Part shown: positions 54,038 through 63,602 of the stretch, in pieces | Position numbering within the stretch: position 1 is the first letter of the stretch | Layout: every line of letters starts with the position of its first letter | Assembly (NCBI GenBank): GCA_963788195.1 | Contig: CAWBGA010000005.1 | Location: 32,001 to 96,000 of the forward strand | DNA: 64,000 nt | From: Nitrospirota bacterium | Lineage (GTDB): Bacteria > Nitrospirota > Nitrospiria > Nitrospirales > NS-4 | Direction of reading: 5' to 3' | The notes under the pieces: model-generated | Database searches by the model: none | Seen by the model: only the letters and a program-made list of their open reading frames with translations | What the model was told of the DNA's origin: nothing | Program-made: the position numbers and the translations under genes

Positions 54038-54251
54038 AGAATTAGACAAGCGATTTGACGCCGGAGAGAATATCACCAAGATCCTTGACCTTGCTCGTGC
54101 TCAAAGGACTAACCAGGTGCAAAGACGCGTTAATGTCGACTTCCCCTCTTGGATGATTCGGTCCCTGGACAAGGAAGCAGATCGGCTAGGGGTCACACGA
54201 CAATCAATCATCAAAGTCTGGATTTCCGAGCGCCTGAAAGAGCTCGCCTGA
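54027..54251 (+). CDS. brnA: BrnA/CopG-type antitoxin
   Basis: ELDKRFDAGE, RVNVDFPSWMI..LDKEA..GVTRQSIIKVWI; overlaps the toxin. Confidence 0.88.
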   Translation: MKAKELDKRFDAGENITKILDLARAQRTNQVQRRVNVDFPSWMIRSLDKEADRLGVTRQSIIKVWISERLKELA

Positions 54252-55339
54252 TGTCGCATGCTCGGATTGCACAAGAACTCGCCTCAGCCGAGGCCGCCTG
54301 GAAGGCCGCGAACGAAGGCAAGGCGCGGGTCTGTGCTCGCCGTGCCGTGGCGCTGGCAACCGAGGCGTGGCTGGCGCGTGTCACGTTCGCGCCATGGCGG
54401 GGTGATGCCATGGAACATCTCCGTCAGATTCAGCAGGCAGCATCCCTTCCTCTTGCCATCCGGCAGGCGGCTGAGCGATTGAGCACGACCGTGTCCCGGC
54501 GACACGCAGCTCCGTTCACCATGGATCCTATCGGTGATGCGAGAGTCATCGTCGAGTACCTCACCGCCAATACCAAAGAAATGTCCCGATCTATTCTTGA
54601 CCATCCCATACTGAGCAGGCGCTATTTCTCGCCTCGACGTGAGGCGCCTCCTGACATCTTCTGGATCGATTGCGAAGAGGCACGTCTTGCCTGCGCCTAC
54701 GTCGCGCCTCACCCCGCCGCCCTCACGCTTGTACATTTCCATGGAAATGGCGAAGTGGTGGCGGACTGCCTCCCGGAGTTGGCTGCTGATCTCACGTCGC
54801 TCGGAGTCAACGTCCTCTTTGTCGAGTATCGAGGCTACGGAGCCTCCAGCGGTGAGCCAGGTCTCGCGCGTATTCTTGATGACGTCCCCGCAATCGTCAA
54901 AGCCCTCCCCGTCACGCCCAGTCAACTTGTGGCCTTTGGACGTTCCCTGGGCTCGCTCTATGCCATCGAGCTTGTGCGTTGTTTTCCGGAGTCGGCGGGC
55001 CTCATCATCGAAAGTGGGATCGCTGATCCTCTGGAACGCATCTTGATCCGAGTACGACCCGAAGAAGTGGATGCAACCGCCCCTGAGCTCGCTGCCGAAG
55101 TGCGCGCCCGACTCGATCCCCAAGCGAAGCTCGACGCGTACAGCGGTCCTGTTTTGGTGCTCCACGCGAAGGAAGACAGCATGGTCGATGCCTCTCATGC
55201 CGTGCGGAATGCCAGTTATGCCCGGCGTGCGACCTTGCGGCTCCTGCCCGAGGGAGACCACAACAGCATCTTCGAAGACAACCGTGAGGAGTACCTCGCC
55301 GCACTTTCAGAGTTCCTAAAAGGAATTAAAGTGGCGTGA
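54251..55339 (+). CDS. Alpha/beta hydrolase with an N-terminal helical hypothetical domain (fusion or merged genes)
   Basis: HFHGNGE, EYRGYGAS, FGRSLG, GDHN; first ~110 aa unrelated (NEGKARVCARRA). Confidence 0.8.
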   Translation: MSHARIAQELASAEAAWKAANEGKARVCARRAVALATEAWLARVTFAPWRGDAMEHLRQIQQAASLPLAIRQAAERLSTTVSRRHAAPFTMDPIGDARVIVEYLTANTKEMSRSILDHPILSRRYFSPRREAPPDIFWIDCEEARLACAYVAPHPAALTLVHFHGNGEVVADCLPELAADLTSLGVNVLFVEYRGYGASSGEPGLARILDDVPAIVKALPVTPSQLVAFGRSLGSLYAIELVRCFPESAGLIIESGIADPLERILIRVRPEEVDATAPELAAEVRARLDPQAKLDAYSGPVLVLHAKEDSMVDASHAVRNASYARRATLRLLPEGDHNSIFEDNREEYLAALSEFLKGIKVA

Positions 55340-55571
55340 GCTCCTTTAACGAGCGAACAGCGTAAAGGCTTCTATGAACGCAACAAGCCCATCGCTGTTT
55401 TGATGATCGTCATCGTGCTCCTGCTCCCCATTGTGGGGGCGTTCGTCAGGGGTTTGTTCGGTGCGATTCTGGGAGTGGCGATTTCAGTCGCAGCCTACTA
55501 TCTGACACCGTATATCGGACACAGACTGCGGTCATGACATTCTTCTCCCGTCACGTGGTCCAGACAAGTCG

Positions 55572-57377
55572 CTACGCCTTTAATTTACCCTCGAGCTCCG
55601 CCCATCGGGCGTAGAGCCGCTCCACCTGCCGTTCCGCTTCTTTCAGTGCCTCCACCGATTTCTGCAATTGCACGTGGTCTGCGGCGATAGCGGGATCTTC
55701 AAGGCGGAGATGGCAGGTCGCCAGCTCAGCCTCGGCAGCGAGGATTTTCGCCTCGACGGTCGCGTGCTCTTGCTGCTCCCGATAGCTGAGCTTTTTGGAC
55801 GACGGGCGCCGAGGGGGAACGCTATCGGCCGTGCGTGTTGCCGCTTGCTCTGTTTGGGACGCCTTACTCTGGACCCACCTGTCCCACTGTTCGTAGTCCG
55901 CGAACAGGCCGTGCGCACCGGTCCCGTCCAAGCCTACAAACTGATTGCAGACCGTGCCCAACACATAGCGATCGTGCGTGACCAGCACCAGCGCGCCCGG
56001 GAAGTCCGATAAGCTGTCCTCAAGCACCTCGAGCGTCGGAATGTCCAGATCGTTCGTCGGCTCGTCCAACAGCAACACGTCGGCGGGCTGCAGCATCAAC
56101 CGCGCGATGACCGCTCGCGCCTGCTCGCCTCCCGACAAGAGCCCGACCTGCACGTCGAGCTGTTCGGCGGTGAAGCGAAAGCGCTTGGCCCACGAGACGA
56201 TATGGGTGGGACGCTCTCGATAGGTGACGTACTCGCCCGTGTCGGATAGCGTCCGCCTCAAGGTCATCTTAGGGTCAAGCTGTTCCCGGTTCTGATCGAA
56301 ATACACGACGCGAAGGGCGTCCGCATGGGAGACGGTGCCGTGATCGGGGTCCAGCGTCTTCGCCAGTAATTTGAGGAGCGTCGATTTGCCGGAGCCGTTC
56401 GGCCCCAAGATCCCAAGCGCCATTTTCGGGGACAACACGATATTCAGGTCGTGAATCACCGGCCTTCCGCCGAAGGCTTTGCCGAGGCGCTCGGCCACGA
56501 TCAAGCGTTTGGTCTTCCGCCCGGAGCCGACAAAGTCGATGGCGGTCTCCCCTTCGCGTAAGCGTGCGGTGGTTTCCGCGAGCTCCGCCTGCAAAGCCTG
56601 AGCGCCGTCCACGCGATACTTGGCTTTCGTAGTTCTCGCTTTGGCTCCCTGCCGCAGCCATTCCACCTCGCGCCGGACTTTTCCAGCCAACGCCTGCGCC
56701 TGTTCGGCCTGTGCGTCCTGGTAGGCCTCTCGCTTCAGGAGAAACTCTGAATATGTGCCGGGAACGGAAAAAATGCCCTCTGGATACCGGGTGTTCACTT
56801 CCGCCACCGTGTTCGTGGCGCGCTCCAGGAACCACCGATCATGGCTTACCATGACCCAGGCCCAGGGCGCCTGGGTCATGAGCTGTTCCAGCCACTGCAT
56901 CCCTTCCAAGTCGAGATGATTCGTGGGCTCGTCCAGTAACATCACATCCGGCGCCTGGACCCACGCGCACGCAATCGTGAGCCGCTTTGTCCACCCGCCG
57001 GAGAGATCCCCCACACGCTGTGCGCCTTGCTCAAACCCCATCCTTCCCAAGGTCTCCTGCACGCGCGCCAGCCGTTCATCAACTCGGACGCCCGACACCA
57101 GCGCGGCGCGCTCGACTTCCTCGATCACTGTGGTCTCCGGATCGAACTCCGACCGTTGCGGGATATAGGCGATGCGAAGTCGTTGGCGTCGCGTGACAAG
57201 ACCTTCGTCGGGTTGTTCGAGACCTGCCAGGATCTTGAGGAGCGTGCTCTTACCCATCCCGTTCGGGCCGATGATCCCCATGCGATCCTTCTCGGAGATA
57301 CTGATGGTGAGATCGTGAAACAGGCGTTTGGCGCCGTACGCCTTGCTGAGTTTTCGTCCTTGGATCAGAGCGGACAT
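55572..57377 (-). CDS. uup: ABC-F family ATPase (Uup-like)
   Basis: Two ABC cassettes (GPNGMGKST, LSGG, LLDEPTN), linker KARTTK, C-terminal coiled coil. Confidence 0.9.
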   Translation of the reverse strand: MSALIQGRKLSKAYGAKRLFHDLTISISEKDRMGIIGPNGMGKSTLLKILAGLEQPDEGLVTRRQRLRIAYIPQRSEFDPETTVIEEVERAALVSGVRVDERLARVQETLGRMGFEQGAQRVGDLSGGWTKRLTIACAWVQAPDVMLLDEPTNHLDLEGMQWLEQLMTQAPWAWVMVSHDRWFLERATNTVAEVNTRYPEGIFSVPGTYSEFLLKREAYQDAQAEQAQALAGKVRREVEWLRQGAKARTTKAKYRVDGAQALQAELAETTARLREGETAIDFVGSGRKTKRLIVAERLGKAFGGRPVIHDLNIVLSPKMALGILGPNGSGKSTLLKLLAKTLDPDHGTVSHADALRVVYFDQNREQLDPKMTLRRTLSDTGEYVTYRERPTHIVSWAKRFRFTAEQLDVQVGLLSGGEQARAVIARLMLQPADVLLLDEPTNDLDIPTLEVLEDSLSDFPGALVLVTHDRYVLGTVCNQFVGLDGTGAHGLFADYEQWDRWVQSKASQTEQAATRTADSVPPRRPSSKKLSYREQQEHATVEAKILAAEAELATCHLRLEDPAIAADHVQLQKSVEALKEAERQVERLYARWAELEGKLKA

Positions 57378-57714
57378 GGATTATCCCCGTGGCGTCCAGG
57401 CGAGGTGGGAGTGACTGTTCCAGTGTAAGCAAAACCCAGACATTAAGCAAAAATGAACAGAGCGCCACCCGCCGGCTAGCGGCTTCATGAGGCGATGCGA
57501 ATTCGCTGGTGCCTGGTAAACTTAGTCGTACGGAGGGGGATGGTATATTTAAATACAATCAACGGGCCAACCCGGCTTTTGGGTGGTGGATGCCGAATGT
57601 AACCTTTTGGCCCTTTCTGTCGTCTAAGGATGTAGAGATCCGGCGCTGAAGGCAGAACAAGGTAGACATCGGGTTTTCCTTCGCGCTCGTTGGTCTCAGG
57701 TGTAGGAGGATTGT

Positions 57715-58152
57715 ATGTCACGTCTAACTGTAGCTATCCTCGCAACTTGGCTGCTCTTGCTTGCCAGTCCCGCGTCTGCCTATGTTTGGCGCTGTCACAC
57801 ACCGAATGGAGACGTGTGGACAAGCCAGCCACCTCAATCTGGGGATTGCGAAGAATACGATGGGACGTTCAACCCAGGGGCGGCACCTCCAGCCGCGCCT
57901 CCAGTAGAATACGCGCAACTGTACGCCCCGCCCCCTCCACTGCCGCCAGCGCCGCCCGTGGTAGCCTACTCGTATCCGTATCCGGTGCCGTATCCTGTTC
58001 CTGTACCACGGTATTACTATGGCGGTCCCCGGCTGTATCTGGGCGCCCCGCCATTGATCTTTGACTTCCGATTCGGATCAGGCGGCCGTGATTTCCGGTT
58101 TGGATACGGCGGACGAGGTGGCGGCCACTTCCGCGGTCATCGTTGGCGCTAA
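57715..58152 (+). CDS. Exported Pro/Tyr/Gly-rich hypothetical protein
   Basis: RBS AGGAGG, signal peptide, VWRC..W..C. Confidence 0.75.
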   Translation: MSRLTVAILATWLLLLASPASAYVWRCHTPNGDVWTSQPPQSGDCEEYDGTFNPGAAPPAAPPVEYAQLYAPPPPLPPAPPVVAYSYPYPVPYPVPVPRYYYGGPRLYLGAPPLIFDFRFGSGGRDFRFGYGGRGGGHFRGHRWR

Positions 58153-58174
58153 GACAGTAGCGGGATGGTGTCTC

Positions 58175-58210
58175 AAAAAAGGGGCAAAGCCTACCCGGAC
58201 TTTGCCCCTT
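58175..58210 (-). terminator. Rho-independent terminator of the hsp20 gene
   Basis: AAGGGGCAAAG..CTTTGCCCCTT hairpin with a U-tract on the minus strand. Confidence 0.7.
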
Positions 58211-58232
58211 CTGACTTGCGGAACTAAATCTC

Positions 58233-58634
58233 TTATTCGACTACAATCCGCCGCGGTTTGGCATCTTCCCGCTTTGGAATTTCGATCGTCAGGAGTCCTT
58301 CCTTATAGGAAGCTGAGACCTTGCTGGGATCAACATTGTTGGGAAGTCTAAATGAACGTGAGAAATCTCCTGTTCCGATTTCTCGGGCGAAGTAGGTACG
58401 GTTCACCGCATCATCCCCTTTTCTTTCGCCTTTTACGGTCAAAACCCCGTCGTCGAAGACAATGTCGATATCCTTGCGATCGAGACCCGGCAACGCGGCC
58501 TGAACCCAGAACCCCTTCTCGTCCTCGTAAGTGTTGCAAGCCGGATTCCACGCCGATGAGCGATTGGCGGCCTGCAGAGTGTCATTCAGAAACTTGTCGA
58601 CATCAAATGGCGCATAGCTAAGATTAAATGTCAT
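58233..58634 (-). CDS. Hsp20/alpha-crystallin small heat shock protein
   Basis: ALPGL..DIDI, LTVKGER, FSRSFRLP, ASYKEGLLTIEIPK. Confidence 0.95.
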   Translation of the reverse strand: MTFNLSYAPFDVDKFLNDTLQAANRSSAWNPACNTYEDEKGFWVQAALPGLDRKDIDIVFDDGVLTVKGERKGDDAVNRTYFAREIGTGDFSRSFRLPNNVDPSKVSASYKEGLLTIEIPKREDAKPRRIVVE

Positions 58635-58762
58635 GGAACCTCCTTTGTGAGCCGTTCGGCTCGTCGTTTACGTACTGTATAGATAAGGCTGAAATGCAGG
58701 GAGTCAAGGGGGGTGACGGCGTTTGCGCTGAACGCTCTGGAACGATCCCGACCCTGATGGGC

Positions 58763-59500
58763 CTATGCAGGCGTATGGATTCTGGGACCTGTTGAATCGG
58801 GTCTGAGTAGATTTTCGATGGCCGAGAAAAGCTGAGCGACAGTCTTGTCAGACACCTTTGGTTCGATCTCCTCAAGGATCTGCCTGAGTACCTGCGGGAG
58901 GCTCTTCAAGAGCTTGCTCAGATCAATGTTCGCAGCATTGATGCTATCGACGATCTGAGACAGCATGCTTGCCTGCGGTTGAAGCTCGTGGAGTCCGTGG
59001 GCCGAGATGGATCGTGTCTGCGTAACGGCGATCTGCTCCGACTCCTGGACATCAAGCTGAAAACTCGCAACGCTCCCGAGGTCCCCAATATTGAGGGCTT
59101 GGTCTAGCGCGCCTTCAGGATCGTCCCCGAGGAACTGTTTCACTATCTTCTCCAGCTTTCCTACTAGCCGCTGCAAATCCGCTTCTTCTTGCTGATCGAG
59201 TTGGCCTTCCACGGAGACTGCGATCGAATTGGATCTCTGGACTTCCGACGCCGTGGCATGAAGGTCTATGCTCCGGCGCGCGTCGGTGCTTTGAAAATTT
59301 AATTCAGTATAAGAGGCGCGCAGTAGTGATTCGGTCGACAGCGTCACCCGATCGCCGCCGGCGGTCAGGACTGTGAGATCGGCATGCGTTTCTGTGCTTG
59401 CCTTGACCCGCAACACGTCTGATGTTCGAAAGCCCGCAGGCAAATGCTGAAGGTCGAGGGTTGAGGCCGATAGTGGTAGAAAGGAGGAAATCGGTTGCAT
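58763..59500 (-). CDS. Hypothetical protein
   Basis: ORF with LTAGGDRVTLS, SVEGQLD..E..DL; ATG 59500 with AAGGA RBS. Confidence 0.7.
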   Translation of the reverse strand: MQPISSFLPLSASTLDLQHLPAGFRTSDVLRVKASTETHADLTVLTAGGDRVTLSTESLLRASYTELNFQSTDARRSIDLHATASEVQRSNSIAVSVEGQLDQQEEADLQRLVGKLEKIVKQFLGDDPEGALDQALNIGDLGSVASFQLDVQESEQIAVTQTRSISAHGLHELQPQASMLSQIVDSINAANIDLSKLLKSLPQVLRQILEEIEPKVSDKTVAQLFSAIENLLRPDSTGPRIHTPA

Positions 59501-59795
59501 ATGTCGTCCTTGTCTGGATTGCCCGGCGGCGTGGTTTACGTGGTCTAAAGGGCTTATCGGTGATTTTCTTGGCAACTTAATGTATCCCCAGACCCTCAAA
59601 CTACCGCGAGCAGAATTGTCGAAATCCTTCGAAAGCGTTCGCTGACAAATTTCCAGGTGGATCAGTAAATTTGTCGCTTGTCTGTTGGCAATGTCATTAC
59701 TTAGTCTCCAAGGCCTGTGGCAATAAAAGCTTGTAGAAAGCAACAAAAGCTGTAGCAGAGGTTAGCAAGGACAAACCAACAATAGGAGGAATGGT

Positions 59796-60095
59796 ATGAA
59801 TAAATTGCTGACAGTGGCCGGGACTGCGCTCTTGAGCCTTTCATTCATCTCCCTGGGCTTCGCGGCGGGCGCAGATTCAGGCGCAGGAACGGGATCTGCA
59901 CCTCCCTCATCGTCATCTGGACCGGGGATGGGCAGCGGCGGCATGGGCGGCGACGCGCCCGATTCCAGTGCCGACAAGAGTAAAAAGAAGAAAGGTGACT
60001 CGAAACCAAAAGCCGGCAGCGCTCCTGCGCCAGGGGGCGAAGGTTCCAATCCTACGCTGGACCCGAAAGGAAAAGGATCAGCCAGCGGCGGCTAA
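59796..60095 (+). CDS. Exported Gly/Ser-rich disordered protein
   Basis: RBS AGGAGG, signal peptide. Confidence 0.75.
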   Translation: MNKLLTVAGTALLSLSFISLGFAAGADSGAGTGSAPPSSSSGPGMGSGGMGGDAPDSSADKSKKKKGDSKPKAGSAPAPGGEGSNPTLDPKGKGSASGG

Positions 60096-60170
60096 TTCGT
60101 AAAACGTACTGCATGCGGAGTGGGGGTTTGGCCTAGCTGGCCTGCCCCCACTCTGCCTCCGGTTTATTCC

Positions 60171-60944
60171 TCACGAAACTTGAGACGCTGTTCTGAACGG
60201 TTCGCACTGTTGAGCCAACTGGTCAAAGAAATAATCGGCCAGTGGTTGGAGATTCATGGCGTCGGCGGCATTATAGGCCAGCAATAATTCGAGTGAGCGT
60301 GCGTCATGACCATAGCGCCAGCGATTCCATAACCGCACGGCATCCCAGCCGTTGAGCCCTTGCAGAGAAGCCTGTCGTTCAACCCCGACGGCTGCTTCGA
60401 TGTACTTAAGCCCGCCGCGCAAGCCCAATCGCCTGGCTAAGAAACAAAGATCAATATGCGGTTGATCAAAAGTAAGCTTGGGATAAGTCGCCGTGAGATA
60501 GGGAAGATCAAAGGCCGCCCCGAAAAACGTGATCACCAGATCGTAGCGAGACAGTTCTGCGCATAGACGGTCTTGTGTCAATGACTCGCCCCGCACGAGG
60601 CTCGTCATGCGTCCCGCCGCATAGAGGCCGACCACTGTCACATCCCCGAAGGAGCCCCCGGCAGTCTCGATATCCAGATATACTGCCCGCGGGCGCAGCC
60701 AGTTGTATAGACGCCACTGATCTCTCGGCTTCAAGCAACGGGCAAAGTACCGGGCATCGTCACGTCCATGATGGTGAAGTGCTCGAGACAGGTCCTCATC
60801 GTACAAGGTTTTGCGACTGCGGCCGATGCCGGGCAACGACGGCGCTGCCTGAAAGGTCTGCCACGTTGCCACACCGTGGCCCCAGAGCTTCCGCTCAGTA
60901 GCTTCACCAATACCGTTCAGCAAAATGAACGTGGATTCGATCAT
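60171..60944 (-). CDS. RNase H-like (YprB/RNase_H_2) exonuclease domain protein
   Basis: YLDIET, FDLPYL, HIDL, GGLK.IE, LAYNAAD. Confidence 0.9.
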   Translation of the reverse strand: MIESTFILLNGIGEATERKLWGHGVATWQTFQAAPSLPGIGRSRKTLYDEDLSRALHHHGRDDARYFARCLKPRDQWRLYNWLRPRAVYLDIETAGGSFGDVTVVGLYAAGRMTSLVRGESLTQDRLCAELSRYDLVITFFGAAFDLPYLTATYPKLTFDQPHIDLCFLARRLGLRGGLKYIEAAVGVERQASLQGLNGWDAVRLWNRWRYGHDARSLELLLAYNAADAMNLQPLADYFFDQLAQQCEPFRTASQVS

Positions 60945-61106
60945 GCCCCTGCGCCATCTGACAGCCAAGCCGCGGGTATGATAACGCAATGGACTAGAAA
61001 AAACAGGTCAAGACACCATTGCAGCCCTGAAGGAAAAGACTGTACTATTGAGCATTATTTTCCATATCCACCCATGTCAGCTTAAATCGATGCGACCCCT
61101 GCCATA

Positions 61107-61532
61107 ATGCAATTTGATCCAGCCATCGCGGCGCAGGCATCCTTTAAACGCGCGATGGAATCAGACGAGCTTGGGCCGGATCTGAAAGACGCTACTGAAG
61201 CGGAAGAGGTTTTTTCGGCAAGCGCCGGCAGCGAAGCGAGGGCCGCCTATTTCCGACTGCTGGAAATCGGCCGGCGTCATCCTTCTGCGGCATCTTTCGA
61301 AGAGTTCCTTATCTACATCACATGGCAGCAGGTCACGGAGGAGACCATCCCAGAGCATTTTCGTCGCGGTGCGGAGCTTTCTCACAACTACTTAAGCCGG
61401 CCGATTTCCGGCCAAGATCCGATCCAGGCTGCCCAGATCAGGGAACTCAGACAGTCTTTTCTTGGAGGTCTCGGGCAAACTGACGACGATGAGGCGGAGT
61501 ACGATGAGGACACACTGAAAGGCGGAGACTGA
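61107..61532 (+). CDS. Hypothetical protein with acidic C-terminus
   Basis: Clean ORF. Confidence 0.75.
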   Translation: MQFDPAIAAQASFKRAMESDELGPDLKDATEAEEVFSASAGSEARAAYFRLLEIGRRHPSAASFEEFLIYITWQQVTEETIPEHFRRGAELSHNYLSRPISGQDPIQAAQIRELRQSFLGGLGQTDDDEAEYDEDTLKGGD

Positions 61533-61574
61533 GGAGCCCAGACCCGCAGGAGATTCCCTAGTGCCGGGCTTGGC

Positions 61575-61946
61575 TCAGGTGCCGTCGATGGGTCCGTAAC
61601 TCACGTTGACCGTATCGTTGCCGATCGTGGCTGCCAGCTGACCCCAGATATACAGAAACGGTTTCGCCGAAGCTGTTTCAGGAATCACCACCTCGACGAT
61701 CCATTTTGACGACGACAGCTTGAGATATTGGCCATCGCGTTGGATCTGAATCGGGCACGAGCTCTTTAAGTGAACGTGCGGCTCAATTTCCTCTTTCGCC
61801 CATATGACATTGCCGACAACGAGACACTTGATCCGAGGCATCGTCCGCGACTCGCTAGGGCCGTCTGAGAGAATGGGATGTGTCGTGGGAAGGCCGGGGA
61901 GTTGGGAAAGACCCAGGGATATCAGCATCGCAAGCAGCAAGGTCAT
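61575..61946 (-). CDS. Exported hypothetical protein
   Basis: Signal-like N-terminus; lies between duplicated gene ends. Confidence 0.6.
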   Translation of the reverse strand: MTLLLAMLISLGLSQLPGLPTTHPILSDGPSESRTMPRIKCLVVGNVIWAKEEIEPHVHLKSSCPIQIQRDGQYLKLSSSKWIVEVVIPETASAKPFLYIWGQLAATIGNDTVNVSYGPIDGT

Positions 61947-62054
61947 GAGTTCTCCCAGAGGACGTTGTAAAGATCATCTGGTGTAGTCTCCATAATACAC
62001 CTCTGCCATATAAAAACCTAATTAATCTTACCTCAGTGCTCTTGGGTTTTCTAC

Positions 62055-62121
62055 GAGGTCTTGGGCAAACTGACGACGATGGGGCGGAATATGATGAGGA
62101 CACACTAAAAGGCGAGACTAA
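62055..62121 (+). repeat. Diverged copy of the 3' end of gene 61107..61532
   Basis: Matches 61465-61532. Confidence 0.85.
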
Positions 62122-62540
62122 GTACTTTCCGCATCCACGATAATCACATAGTCGATGAGATTGTCCATCGCCTCACACGGAATCAGACACGATAGTCGAT
62201 AGAAACGTTCGTCCTTGCTTCCGACGGTGAACTCTATCGATGTTTCTTTTGACTGGGCGTTCAAGAGCGGACTCGTCAATTCTGCGCCTTTTGAATTGAG
62301 CATGAACTTATGCGCTGCGTGCGATTTGTCGGCAAACCTAAATACGAGCTTCACTCGCGTGCCTTTTGCCAGGGTCATTTTCTTGTCGGAGATGGAGATA
62401 TCCGAGGTGACAAGGCCTGCCCTTGTGACGTTCAGGACAATCACCTTCGTGCCGCCGGCGTGGGTGGCCGGCATCCCACCCGCGAAGGTGAGCGTGCCTG
62501 CAACCAACCACGCCATCATTTTTATCGCCATTGTTTTCAT
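62118..62540 (-). CDS. Exported cupredoxin-like domain protein
   Basis: Signal peptide; KGTRVKL, AHKF, CLIPCEAM. Confidence 0.65.
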   Translation of the reverse strand: MKTMAIKMMAWLVAGTLTFAGGMPATHAGGTKVIVLNVTRAGLVTSDISISDKKMTLAKGTRVKLVFRFADKSHAAHKFMLNSKGAELTSPLLNAQSKETSIEFTVGSKDERFYRLSCLIPCEAMDNLIDYVIIVDAEST

Positions 62541-62555
62541 TTTTTAGACCTTTTC

Positions 62556-62690
62556 CTAGCCGATAACCGTACTCGAGATCTTTGCGTGCTTCTTCTCCGG
62601 TTTTGGGGGCTTCTGAGAAGAAAGAGCAAACACCGAGGCGATCATCATCAGAACAAATGTACCGATGAGCGAGAGTCCTACAGTATCCAT
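62556..62690 (-). CDS. Small single-TM membrane peptide
   Basis: RBS AGGAGG; MDTVGLSLIGTFVLMMIASVFALS + basic tail. Confidence 0.6.
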   Translation of the reverse strand: MDTVGLSLIGTFVLMMIASVFALSSQKPPKPEKKHAKISSTVIG

Positions 62691-62736
62691 GTCACACCTC
62701 CTGGTCATCCGAGGTCCTATTCTGCATCTGCTACAT

Positions 62737-62752
62737 TGCAACCCGTAGGCCA
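62737..62752 (-). promoter_or_regulatory. Putative sigma54 promoter
   Basis: Minus strand TGGCCTACGGGTTGCA, GG-N10-GC. Confidence 0.6.
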
Positions 62753-62960
62753 GCACGTGTGAAGCACGGCTGCTCAAAAAAACTCTTTGCAAATCGTGGG
62801 ATTTCACTAATCTGAAGCTCGAAAGGCTGAGCCAGTGCCTGGTGGGGGCAGATCTGCGGAACAGGAAGGATACAATTGCGTATTTGATCGGATAAATCCT
62901 AAAGCAGGGGTTCTGCGAAGATTGCTTTAGGAGGCGCCCCTGGCGGCTTGCAACGGTATG

Positions 62961-63446
62961 TTATTCAACGACCCAGATAGCAAAACCCTTAGCATCCCGC
63001 AATAGTTGATCTGTGACTCCGCCACCAAACATGCGTTTTATCCCGGACGCGCCATGCCGGCCTACGACAATGGTCTCATATCTTCCGGCACGTGCCTCTT
63101 CCAGAATGGTCCTGGCAATGTCGTCCTCGTGGCCGAACTTCAAGGCTACGCGCGTTCTATCAAAGCCGGTTTTTGCCAGCATCTCGAGCGCCTGCGTCAG
63201 CACAGGGCACTCCAACTCCCGTTCCTTTCGAGACCACGCATCCTGGTCATCTCGTAATTGCGCGCTCAACCGGGCCTCGATGACGGGATTCTCCGATCCG
63301 CCGTGCTCGAGGAATTTCCGCGGCATGGGCTTAAGCACATGAAAGAGGGTGATTGTCATCTCCGGTGTTTGGCGCAACAGCGAACCTACATAACGAACCG
63401 CGCGCTGTGAGTTCTCAGATCCATCTACCGTGAGCAGAATTGGCAT
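62961..63446 (-). CDS. Universal stress protein
   Basis: ILLTVDGSENS, TLFHV, IVVGRHG..GGVT. Confidence 0.93.
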   Translation of the reverse strand: MPILLTVDGSENSQRAVRYVGSLLRQTPEMTITLFHVLKPMPRKFLEHGGSENPVIEARLSAQLRDDQDAWSRKERELECPVLTQALEMLAKTGFDRTRVALKFGHEDDIARTILEEARAGRYETIVVGRHGASGIKRMFGGGVTDQLLRDAKGFAIWVVE

Positions 63447-63602
63447 AAAGGTCTCCTTACCCCCGGCGACAGGCGAATCGCGCGCACCGGGTTGGCCGAA
63501 TCGTCGCAGAACGCGGGGATCATTGCAACGCGCGATCAAGCCCTGAAGGAATTGACCTTAGTAGGCTGCTTTGTTACCATTTCGCGCCATTCGGGGAATT
63601 TC

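Noticed and set aside
55337..55537. TGA read-through or selenocysteine extension of the hydrolase into a two-TM segment
   Set aside because: No SECIS-like hairpin seen, and the hydrolase is complete at the stop. More likely a separate small gene lacking a clear start.
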